A DNA stretch of 64,000 nucleotides from a virus (lineage: Duplodnaviria; Caudoviricetes): IMG/VR virus record IMGVR_UViG_3300020411_000002; one strand, written 5' to 3'. Shown here in pieces: positions 8,151 to 16,930 of this stretch. A program made the position numbers and the translations under genes. The notes under the pieces are model-generated. The model had not been told where the DNA came from. It ran no database searches and saw nothing but the letters and a program-made list of their open reading frames with translations. How positions within the stretch are numbered: position 1 is the stretch's first letter; the number at the start of each line of letters is the position of its first letter.

Positions 8151-9661
8151 TAGTGCTTAACCGTTTGTGTTGTGTTATGGACAACAATAGGCTCATGTCC
8201 GGCAAAGTAGTTATCGTATGGTTCAACGTCTAGTACGACAACATTGAGATTTTCTTTAACTTGATCGATAGACTTGATTTCAATAACTCCATCTGTACCT
8301 TTAAGAAAGTCACCAACTTTAATGTCAGTCGCATCATACCAACCCCACTGCTGATTCTTTCTAACTAGAACAGGGTGGTCTTGGGTAATACATACGTCAT
8401 TGTTAATCTTCCAATACTGAGTGTAGCTAGCATTGTAAGCAACTCGCGCTGTAGTAGGTACAATCTTCGGATTCTTGAACTCTGTAGTCTTCCAATCTTT
8501 CCAATTTCTTTCGTCTTCGTCTAGCATTCCTGTCGAAGTAAAGGACTGTAGAGTATCGCCTACTTTAACATATTTAGCTCGTTTAGTACTTCCATCCCAC
8601 ATAAGAATTGGAGTATCTTCGTGTACACAACCACCGCCACCAACTATGATAGGACCTCCAGGCTCAGTCTCTTCACTATTATCTCTGCTGTTGTAACCTG
8701 AGAAAGAGAAGCGAATATTCTTGATAGACAAACGTTTATTGTTATCGCCTCTATCTGTAATAACGAGTTCCATCTTACCAGAAAAGCTATAGCTTTGTTG
8801 AGGTTGAATAGTACGTAATGCAGCAATCTTTAGTGAACGTGACGTAGTAGAACCGTCAATAGAAATTCCAGCTTCACGCATACTGTTATCAGTATCGACC
8901 CACTTGTAACTGAAAGGACCTATTCCACCTTCAAAGTTCGTTAATGAAAGAATAGCGTTACCGCCGTAAGAATCATCAGTAACGTGAGCTAGTCTAACAC
9001 TAACATCTGTTACTTGTCCTGACATTGGATCAGCTTCTACTATCGGTGAGGGAAGAGAAGTGCCACTAGGTCGCGCCCAAAGAAAGTAGTTTGAGTCTGG
9101 TGCGTTCTCTCCATAGTATACTGTTTCCGCTGGTTTGATTCCTTGTATACCACGTTCACCAACTATACAGCTAGGCCCAGCAGGTCCAACAGGTCCCATG
9201 TTACCAACGTCACCATCTTCACCAGTGTCTCCACGCAATCCAATAGGACCGGGACACCCCATATATCCAGTAACACCAGTTTCACCATCATTACCATCTA
9301 GACCTTTATTGCCAGCTTCACCAGTAGGTCCAATCGGTCCTTCGCATCCAGTCTTTCCTTTCTTACCATCACGACCAATTCTACCATCACGACCTTTCTT
9401 GCCAGCAGGGCCTTTATCTCCACGAGGACCTTCACCCATCTGACCGAGCGTTAAGAATCCAGACACCTCTACAACTTCACCATTATGTCTGACAAAGTTG
9501 AGTGTGCCTGTTCTCTTGTTGAATCCGATTTGTGCAATAGCTCTTTCGCTAACAGGTTGTTCTGAACTGTATGCTAAACTTTTTAGGGAATCAGTCTTTA
9601 AACTAGTTCCCTCTTTATTCTTGCTAGGTACAAGACTTTTAATGTTAGCTTCTTGTGCCAT
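8150..9661 (-). CDS. Collagen-like fibre chain A with a beta-sandwich domain and a C-terminal Hint domain
   Basis: About 33 GXY triplets, then a globular domain, then GGGG-CVHEDTPI...ITQDHP...LDVEPYDNYF...VVHN-TTQTVKH. Confidence 0.85.
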   Translation of the reverse strand: MAQEANIKSLVPSKNKEGTSLKTDSLKSLAYSSEQPVSERAIAQIGFNKRTGTLNFVRHNGEVVEVSGFLTLGQMGEGPRGDKGPAGKKGRDGRIGRDGKKGKTGCEGPIGPTGEAGNKGLDGNDGETGVTGYMGCPGPIGLRGDTGEDGDVGNMGPVGPAGPSCIVGERGIQGIKPAETVYYGENAPDSNYFLWARPSGTSLPSPIVEADPMSGQVTDVSVRLAHVTDDSYGGNAILSLTNFEGGIGPFSYKWVDTDNSMREAGISIDGSTTSRSLKIAALRTIQPQQSYSFSGKMELVITDRGDNNKRLSIKNIRFSFSGYNSRDNSEETEPGGPIIVGGGGCVHEDTPILMWDGSTKRAKYVKVGDTLQSFTSTGMLDEDERNWKDWKTTEFKNPKIVPTTARVAYNASYTQYWKINNDVCITQDHPVLVRKNQQWGWYDATDIKVGDFLKGTDGVIEIKSIDQVKENLNVVVLDVEPYDNYFAGHEPIVVHNTTQTVKH

Positions 9662-9664
9662 ACG

Positions 9665-12091
9665 TTACCCCAAATTAGGCGATACATCGACTACCAAGTT
9701 AATCGTTAGTGCTGAACCATAATCACTTACGCGACCGTTACGTACACGCATTTTAGCAACTATCTCAATAGCACCAGTTGGGTTATTAGCTTTCAATACG
9801 TTCCAGCTTTGAGTAATTGATTTATCTGCATAGGCATACGTGCCTTGCTGTTCTGGATTAGTTACATTGAAACCACTGCTACCAGTACCTTTAATGTTTC
9901 TACCATATTCAGGTTCGTTAAGGCTGTGCGTTCTAAATCCAAGAACAAATTCAATGTTCTCTAATCCATTAGCTGACGTAAAGCCGGGACCTAGTCTAGC
10001 ATTGAAGTCTGCTGTAGCTTTAACAATAACATCACCTTTAAAGTTCACACGTTGAGTATAGATAATCTCTTCCGCGTTAACTATTCTGTGTTGGTTATTG
10101 AACACAACAGGTTTGTCTTTTGCTATTTGCTGACTTAGTTTAGATTCAATCGTGTACTCAGGAAAAGTACCAGAAACTTTAATACCCGTTCCACCTATCA
10201 TATTGAATCGAGGAACTGGAATACGTAAAGGTTCTAAGTTGTGACGTACAAGCTCAATACTCTTAGACGTTACTAACGCATCAGTAACAACACCTTGGAT
10301 ACTGCTATCAGGATTGCCTTGGCTTAGTACGTTTCTGAATATCTGAACTTCGATTTCTTGATTCGCATCAATGTCTCTGCGGAAAATCAAACGGTCATCT
10401 ACAATATCGTACAAGCTACGATTAGCGTGAAGACCTTGTTCAGAAACAAACACTAGACCCTTATCTTGGGGACTGAATGGTAGTTGAAGAACACGCGTCA
10501 GGTCTTTAGTGACATAGTTCTGAGTGTGAACATGAGTTGCATACCCACGAACTTCTTGTGTAATGAACGCATTGATTTCTACAAGTAACCCTTGTGCAGG
10601 TGCAGTAGTGAAAACAATCTTTTGATTATCTTCATCGATAACGTAGTTGTTTATGCTCTGCAAGAAAGGGTCTACGTATACCAGACACTGACTAGAACTA
10701 GTTATCTTTTCTTCACCTACTACAGGGATATCGAATTCAGTTTGATTACCATCTGCAATGTATTCTGCATAACGAATATTTAGCAAAGCACCTGTACTTG
10801 GAGTAAGCGTAAACAAACGCGCATCAATTTGGGTTTCACTAGGTAAGTCTTCTGAGAATTCAATTGCGTTTTCTGTAATCTCAAAAGCTTCTCTGTGTTG
10901 TGTGACGCCGCCAAGTGCTACCATTGCATAGTTGTTATTCTTAGCATGGCTGTAGTAATGAATTTGGGCTTTCTGACTCTGTACTTGCGACAAATCTTTT
11001 TGATAGAGAACAAATGTACGAGAACCTGCTGCGTCCTCTGGCTCTGTTACATAAGCACTCATTTTTAATGTGCCGGGCGGGTGGTACAACGTACTACCAT
11101 TACCAGAAGCTTTTAGTGGAGGCACCCAACGTGGACTAGTAACCCCACGCTCTAATACATAGTTAGACGGTACTTCTTCGTTTAACCAACTTAATGACGT
11201 AGCGCCGTAGTTGCCTGAACGTGGATACCAGATTGAAATAACGCTGGTATCTGATAGCGCACTAAATCCAGTTCCTTTAGCAATGTATGCAATGTTATCA
11301 CCGTTCTGAGTAGCATCGAAGATACGAGTCTCACCAGCCCCAGGTCCTTGAATAACTTGCACTACAACTACATCGCCAGCTTGTACGTTACCAAGTTCGC
11401 TAGCATCAGGCTGTTTGAATTCCGTTTCGTCGTAAACGTTTTCGTATCCAACTTCACCGTTAAAGATTCTAGTATATCCAGAGAAGCCCCAATGTGCGCC
11501 TCCAGGTCCGAACTTCTGAGCAATGCCGGGTACTGCGTTTCCATCTAGCGACCATTCAAGTGTCTGTACACCAACTGCATTTGCAATAGCACTAACAGGG
11601 CTAGGTAAGTCTTCAACTGTAGGTACAGATGGGATAGAACCAAACTCAGATAACGTTACATCAATAGTGCCTGCTTCTACTTCGCTAATGTGCAGCATAG
11701 CTTCAATGCGAATTGATTCGGCAGACGACTTAACGTAAGGCTCAGAATAAACACAATGACCTAGCACTGTGTTGTCTTCTAATAAAACAACTAGCTCACC
11801 AATAGTGATAGAGCTAGTTGCGTTTGCATCAGGTATACCTTGTGGAATATCTAATGTGAATCTAACTGTATTTTCTGACAATACTTGTACGTAAGAAATG
11901 TTACCTGTATAGACAGTGTTGCTTACGAGGTTGTCTGGGATACCACCCTCTTGTTCGTAGAAGTCTTCAACGTCTGATACTTCTAAATCACCTAGCTTGA
12001 ATGCTTTAGGGGCGACACGAATGCCACCCGCATCTGCATTAAGAAGTGATTGACGACCTGCTTCTGTTAAGTGAATTATGTTTGGTGTCAT
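9665..12091 (-). CDS. Baseplate-anchored tail fibre/attachment protein (808 aa)
   Basis: N-terminal IHLTEAGRQSLLNA...FKLGD resembles tail-collar/fibre-attachment domains. Three internal repeats of the type DGxxTxF...LVxV...Q...Y.I....I.F...P..G..V.I. Confidence 0.6.
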   Translation of the reverse strand: MTPNIIHLTEAGRQSLLNADAGGIRVAPKAFKLGDLEVSDVEDFYEQEGGIPDNLVSNTVYTGNISYVQVLSENTVRFTLDIPQGIPDANATSSITIGELVVLLEDNTVLGHCVYSEPYVKSSAESIRIEAMLHISEVEAGTIDVTLSEFGSIPSVPTVEDLPSPVSAIANAVGVQTLEWSLDGNAVPGIAQKFGPGGAHWGFSGYTRIFNGEVGYENVYDETEFKQPDASELGNVQAGDVVVVQVIQGPGAGETRIFDATQNGDNIAYIAKGTGFSALSDTSVISIWYPRSGNYGATSLSWLNEEVPSNYVLERGVTSPRWVPPLKASGNGSTLYHPPGTLKMSAYVTEPEDAAGSRTFVLYQKDLSQVQSQKAQIHYYSHAKNNNYAMVALGGVTQHREAFEITENAIEFSEDLPSETQIDARLFTLTPSTGALLNIRYAEYIADGNQTEFDIPVVGEEKITSSSQCLVYVDPFLQSINNYVIDEDNQKIVFTTAPAQGLLVEINAFITQEVRGYATHVHTQNYVTKDLTRVLQLPFSPQDKGLVFVSEQGLHANRSLYDIVDDRLIFRRDIDANQEIEVQIFRNVLSQGNPDSSIQGVVTDALVTSKSIELVRHNLEPLRIPVPRFNMIGGTGIKVSGTFPEYTIESKLSQQIAKDKPVVFNNQHRIVNAEEIIYTQRVNFKGDVIVKATADFNARLGPGFTSANGLENIEFVLGFRTHSLNEPEYGRNIKGTGSSGFNVTNPEQQGTYAYADKSITQSWNVLKANNPTGAIEIVAKMRVRNGRVSDYGSALTINLVVDVSPNLG

Positions 12092-12127
12092 TATAAAACT
12101 TCCATTAATGTTTCTATAAAATTATAG

Positions 12128-15100
12128 TTATTCTGGTATATACCTTACAGAGAACTTGCCTCGACTAAAACCTCTAGCCGTTGTTCTATACAGATACCAA
12201 GCTTCATCTAAGTCGGTTTCATAGACGCGCGTAACAGTAATAGGTTCTTGCCATTCGCCAAACAATGATGTGTCACTATTTGGTTCTGGAATGTACGTAA
12301 ACTCTGCTCGACCCAGTGCTTTAGGGTGTGCGAAGTATCCATACTCGTCTGCATCTGGATTGATTTCAAACGTACCACCTGTTCTACTAGCCTGCTTTTC
12401 GAACTCACCCAAGTTATCATTGAAGCGAACAGAATTGTTAACACCATCTAAGTATGTTCCGAATAGTGGAAAGCTGGAATACACTTTGATAGTCTTCTTG
12501 TCCGTAAAACTAGGATAGTCTTTGGCTTTGATAGAGATTTCTATTTCTTTGTTTTCAACGATTGGAGAGATAGACAAAACGTTTTCGTCAAACTCTGCGT
12601 CAGGTTCATTGTAGTTAAAGAAAAAGAAAGCACTGTCTGAAACATCAAGAGTATCAGGACCTTGTGAAGTAGAACCAGTCATGATAGCACCAAGTTCATA
12701 TTCACCTGCATCTATAATAGCAGTCTGTACAGTTTGAGGCAGTGTTAAGGTTATATCCGTAGGAGTAAACTGCATAAGCAACGTATACTCAAAATCTTCT
12801 GAGATAGTTCTTAACCCTTCTTTCGCTGTAGCACGTAGTACCATTACTGTGTTGTTCGTTAACTTGGGAATCTTAAAGCCTTTAGTTTCGGCATCATACG
12901 AAATACCAATAGGTCCGCTTACTACATACCATGTTACCATAGCATTTGGGTCAGTAACGTATGTTCCATCACGCCTTTGAATTCTAACAGTAGGAACAAA
13001 GATTGAATCAGGGTCATCATAAACAACTGTTTGACCCGACTGCTCGATTACATCTATTGCTTTAGAGCTTTCAATGATGAAACGTAATGAGCTAGCAACT
13101 GTTTCAACTCTATCTTGGGCAGCAGCAGGGTTACCTGCATCTACTGCGTCTGTGCTTCTAGCGAATTCCTCAGTGTACACACCGTTAATAATAACTTGCG
13201 TATCTGTTTCGACAGGATTAACAAGAAGTCCAATTACGTTTCTACTAGGCTGAGTAAGGCTTACTTTGTTACTCGATGTTTCTAGCGACCACTCAACAAC
13301 TTCTGGATCGTAGAAATTACCTAATTCATCGTTACGCTCGACCTTTGCTTTAAATCGATAGAACAGTTTACCGCTTGTAGGGTCAATGTCTGCAAAGCTA
13401 TCGGGATTGCCGGGCAATACTGCTACATCAGGAAGACGAATAATCTCACCAGCACCAGTTGCATCTGACGGTGTTGTGTTACTGCTACGTTCAAACTGAC
13501 CATCGTTAGTAATGTTGTACATGTACATGCCTGTAAGAATAGCATTAGTACTTTTCATGAAAACATCTAACTGTTCAGTAAACTGCGTAATGCCGTCATC
13601 ATAGTCGGCGTATACCAAAAGCTGCGCATTGATATTGATACGAGGATACAAGTAACCTTCGTTATCTATTTCAGCAATTTGAATTGACTGGAAAACCTCT
13701 GATAACTGTTCTTCATCTAATTCACTAACTTCATAGATACTCAAATCATCATGAGTAGGCAACAATGAACGGTAGCTTTCATTTACTGCAAGTAAAGCAG
13801 TTAGTACTTCCGCTTTGTTAACTACATCTACACGCCAATCACTCGATACCATGTAGGTGTCACCAAGGTCATCGTAATCAACAACTAATCCATACGAGAA
13901 GTCTAGCGTGTTGTCTGCGTAAATCTCACCAGGTCCTTCAATACGCGAATTCAGAATCTTATCGATTGCTTGAACAGGGTTAGCATTGCTAGTGATAGTC
14001 ACTGATTCTACTTGTTGGAAATATCGTGCAGTTACTTTGAAGCTTTGCTGCTCTCCGTCAAGTAAGGTTCTTGTTTGAATCACTGCGCGTGGATATTCAG
14101 TTTCAGGGTCATTGTCGATAATGTTCTTAACTGCTTGCGTCCAATCTGCTTGAACCTCTTCTGCTAGAACTTTAAAGAACAACTCACCGTCAATTAGTCT
14201 ATCTACTTGTGCTTGCGTTAGTTCGTTACTGTCTAACCAAACTCGGTCTACACCTATAAGTGCTTTAACTATTCCCTCAATCGTAAACTGACCTTGTGTT
14301 AAGTCTGCTTCAATTTCTTGATCGATAAAGCTAGGCTCAATACTCCATGTAGCGTTTGCTTGTTCTTGTTCACCATTCGCATAAGTAACAATAGCAGTCA
14401 AGAATGTACGCGTACCCTCAGGCATGTTTTCGGCGTAAATAATCTCCAAGTCTTCTGTTAAGAAAATCTTAGGTGTTACGCTGATAGAGGTAGCATAAGT
14501 AGAGTAAGGAACTTCCGTTAAGTCAAGTTCTTCATCAGTTAGGACAACGCCCTCTTCTGGAACGTCTAACGGGTTTATATAGTAGATGTATATATCCACC
14601 AGCCCTTTAATCTGTTCGAAGTTTGTTTCTTCTGTATCGCTTAGATATTCAATAAGAAACTGCGGGTGGTCTAGGCTTTCATCGATAGCATTGAACTGAT
14701 CGTCAGATAGAGAAAGAATAACAGGCACGTTGTCTTCATGTTCTAACTCGTATCCAGAATCAAGACGAACGTACTTAGATAAAACCCTGTCACCTTGTTT
14801 TAGTTCGACACGATACGGAATAATCTGAGTATTGCTATTGTCATTCCAATCAACATAGAAGCGAACTCGATTAGTGTTACCTTGAGAAAGTGATTGAGGC
14901 ATAAGGGCTTCAATACTGTTTACTTCTCTACGTAATGCTTTGACTTCTACTGTTTTTGAAGTTGCTAACTTAACAATACTTTCGTTGTCGTCCTCGTCGT
15001 AACGGTACACATCAATGATTGCATTCACGCTTACATTGATTGCGTCATCGTCTACACTAGGTGCAGTCATTAAACCAGAGTCAGATATTTCTGTGCTAAC

Positions 15101-16930
15101 TGCATTAGCTGTTTGTCTGCTAGACCAGTCTGCATCTACAATGCTGATCATTCCATTAGACCAAGTAGCCTGCAACTGGTAAACGTTACGTGTTTCTTCA
15201 AGAACAGAACTAGGTCCTATAATCTCGATAGACTCAACTACTAGTCTAGGCTTTTTGAAGAATACTTTGATAGAACCATTAAGCACTCTATCATCTTCTT
15301 GGTAGTTTACTGCAAACTCTGCCGTAAAGTCCCTGTAAACAATTGGAATCTGAATCTCACCTGTCTCACTAATACTAGTTGCAGTAGTAGACGTTTGCCA
15401 GTAAGGTAAAGTAAGCTCAGTACTTCCAGCACGAAATTGGGCTGGTAAACTATAAAGCTCTTTCTCACTACCATCAGTGTATTCTACAATTGCAGTAAGG
15501 AAAACACCTGTCATGCCTTGAACTATATCAGTCAAAGTATTCAACTCGACCCAAGCATTGTCAACGTACTGCTCTGCAACTATGCGAATGCTTTTAGCAA
15601 CAACGTTACGCTCTTTAGGTACTAGAGTTATAGCTAGTGTTTCAGAACTGGTAGTGCCGTCAACGTTGCGGTGTTTAGCAGTAACAGTAGCAGGGTGTTC
15701 TTCGAAGATTTCTTCAATTACAAGGACGTTATCTTTGAAGCTAGCATGTTCGCTATCTATGCTCCAAGTAATTCTATCCTCGTCACCGTACTCTCTTACG
15801 TTGTCGTGTCGTGTAATTAGACGATAAGTATTGGTAGCTTCTTCAAGAGGTCTAACACTTCCAACTATCTGCAATTCATCAGGAATGAAAGGCGTACCGA
15901 TAGGATAAAGCTCTACCGTTACGGTCTTTGTTGTTCCTTTTGCAGTATACGTGAATTCAATATCCGTAACAAAATCAATGTCTGAGAACTCAATCGTTTT
16001 GCCGTCAAAGCTTTTAACGTACTCGCCAGAAACAGAAATAGGATATTCGCTGGCTTGCGTTTCATCCATGTAGGATACCAGTACATGCGCTGGATACTTT
16101 CTGAACCCTTGCACTTTAGATGGAATAACAAACTCCATACTTACAATAGCAGGCTTGTTCGGGTCTACGTAGCGCTTTGGTTTAATTAAGCTAGAACCAA
16201 ACATACCTATATTTGCTACTGCTGAAATTGTCAGATAGATATCTCTAACAACTTTCTCAATAGGTGCAAACTGATAATAAACTTTAAGTATTCTATTCTC
16301 TATCAGCTTACGAACAATAGCTGGGTTGTCCGAAGTAGTTAGCTCTTTTAATTGGAGTACACGAATCGTTTCATTGATTGAAACACGTTCTTCATCAGTA
16401 GCCGTAGAATAACCTAATAGTTCGCGAATACTAGGAATATCTTCTGTAGTGATTCGCAGTGTTAAGCTTTCTTTCAGGCCTTGTACATCAACTGCTATAT
16501 CTACTGTGCTTGTGCTATACCAGTTACCGCCGTCTACAACAAGCTTTCCATGAGTAGGTGAAAACTCAATGTAATCACTTGTATAAAGAACATCTTCTTT
16601 GAAGTCTCTACCAAGTAAGAAGCTGATAAACTTAGGATAGTTCGGATTGCCGTCTGTTTCCCAAAACTTAATCAACTGATAGAATGAATTGGTAAGCTTC
16701 TCTTTGTTGTGTTCAAAGAATTCACTAGTAAGGTTTATGCCTGCTTGACGAATAGCTCGTTCAATAAATACAGGGTCTGTGTCTTGATCGATGTAGCGAA
16801 TTCTTTCTAGTTCTTTTAGAGGAGAACCTAGCTTACTGTCGTATACTCGCTGTGCAACATCTGCAAAGGAAGACCATAAATCATCTTCCTTTAGAATATC
16901 AACAAGCAAGTCTGTAGCTGTCTTACTCAT
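12128..16930 (-). CDS. 1600-aa baseplate wedge protein with multiple Ig-like repeats
   Basis: Follows the gp6-like gene. Helical N-terminus (gp7/P2 gpI-like position), then repeats such as IVGSVRPLEEATNTYRL..., IIGPSSVLEETRNVYQL...WS and IEGPGEIYAD...WRV. Confidence 0.55.
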   Translation of the reverse strand: MSKTATDLLVDILKEDDLWSSFADVAQRVYDSKLGSPLKELERIRYIDQDTDPVFIERAIRQAGINLTSEFFEHNKEKLTNSFYQLIKFWETDGNPNYPKFISFLLGRDFKEDVLYTSDYIEFSPTHGKLVVDGGNWYSTSTVDIAVDVQGLKESLTLRITTEDIPSIRELLGYSTATDEERVSINETIRVLQLKELTTSDNPAIVRKLIENRILKVYYQFAPIEKVVRDIYLTISAVANIGMFGSSLIKPKRYVDPNKPAIVSMEFVIPSKVQGFRKYPAHVLVSYMDETQASEYPISVSGEYVKSFDGKTIEFSDIDFVTDIEFTYTAKGTTKTVTVELYPIGTPFIPDELQIVGSVRPLEEATNTYRLITRHDNVREYGDEDRITWSIDSEHASFKDNVLVIEEIFEEHPATVTAKHRNVDGTTSSETLAITLVPKERNVVAKSIRIVAEQYVDNAWVELNTLTDIVQGMTGVFLTAIVEYTDGSEKELYSLPAQFRAGSTELTLPYWQTSTTATSISETGEIQIPIVYRDFTAEFAVNYQEDDRVLNGSIKVFFKKPRLVVESIEIIGPSSVLEETRNVYQLQATWSNGMISIVDADWSSRQTANAVSTEISDSGLMTAPSVDDDAINVSVNAIIDVYRYDEDDNESIVKLATSKTVEVKALRREVNSIEALMPQSLSQGNTNRVRFYVDWNDNSNTQIIPYRVELKQGDRVLSKYVRLDSGYELEHEDNVPVILSLSDDQFNAIDESLDHPQFLIEYLSDTEETNFEQIKGLVDIYIYYINPLDVPEEGVVLTDEELDLTEVPYSTYATSISVTPKIFLTEDLEIIYAENMPEGTRTFLTAIVTYANGEQEQANATWSIEPSFIDQEIEADLTQGQFTIEGIVKALIGVDRVWLDSNELTQAQVDRLIDGELFFKVLAEEVQADWTQAVKNIIDNDPETEYPRAVIQTRTLLDGEQQSFKVTARYFQQVESVTITSNANPVQAIDKILNSRIEGPGEIYADNTLDFSYGLVVDYDDLGDTYMVSSDWRVDVVNKAEVLTALLAVNESYRSLLPTHDDLSIYEVSELDEEQLSEVFQSIQIAEIDNEGYLYPRININAQLLVYADYDDGITQFTEQLDVFMKSTNAILTGMYMYNITNDGQFERSSNTTPSDATGAGEIIRLPDVAVLPGNPDSFADIDPTSGKLFYRFKAKVERNDELGNFYDPEVVEWSLETSSNKVSLTQPSRNVIGLLVNPVETDTQVIINGVYTEEFARSTDAVDAGNPAAAQDRVETVASSLRFIIESSKAIDVIEQSGQTVVYDDPDSIFVPTVRIQRRDGTYVTDPNAMVTWYVVSGPIGISYDAETKGFKIPKLTNNTVMVLRATAKEGLRTISEDFEYTLLMQFTPTDITLTLPQTVQTAIIDAGEYELGAIMTGSTSQGPDTLDVSDSAFFFFNYNEPDAEFDENVLSISPIVENKEIEISIKAKDYPSFTDKKTIKVYSSFPLFGTYLDGVNNSVRFNDNLGEFEKQASRTGGTFEINPDADEYGYFAHPKALGRAEFTYIPEPNSDTSLFGEWQEPITVTRVYETDLDEAWYLYRTTARGFSRGKFSVRYIPE

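Noticed and set aside
2458-8629. Hint domains as mobile, selfish inteins
   Set aside because: No homing endonuclease; they are C-terminal rather than inside conserved enzyme motifs; one has Val at +1 and one has no extein. This fits domesticated Hint domains better.
7118-9443. Pro-rich plus-strand ORFs 7118..7447 and 9135..9443
   Set aside because: They are antisense shadows of the collagen GGN codons (read as NCC) and lie wholly within better-supported minus-strand genes.
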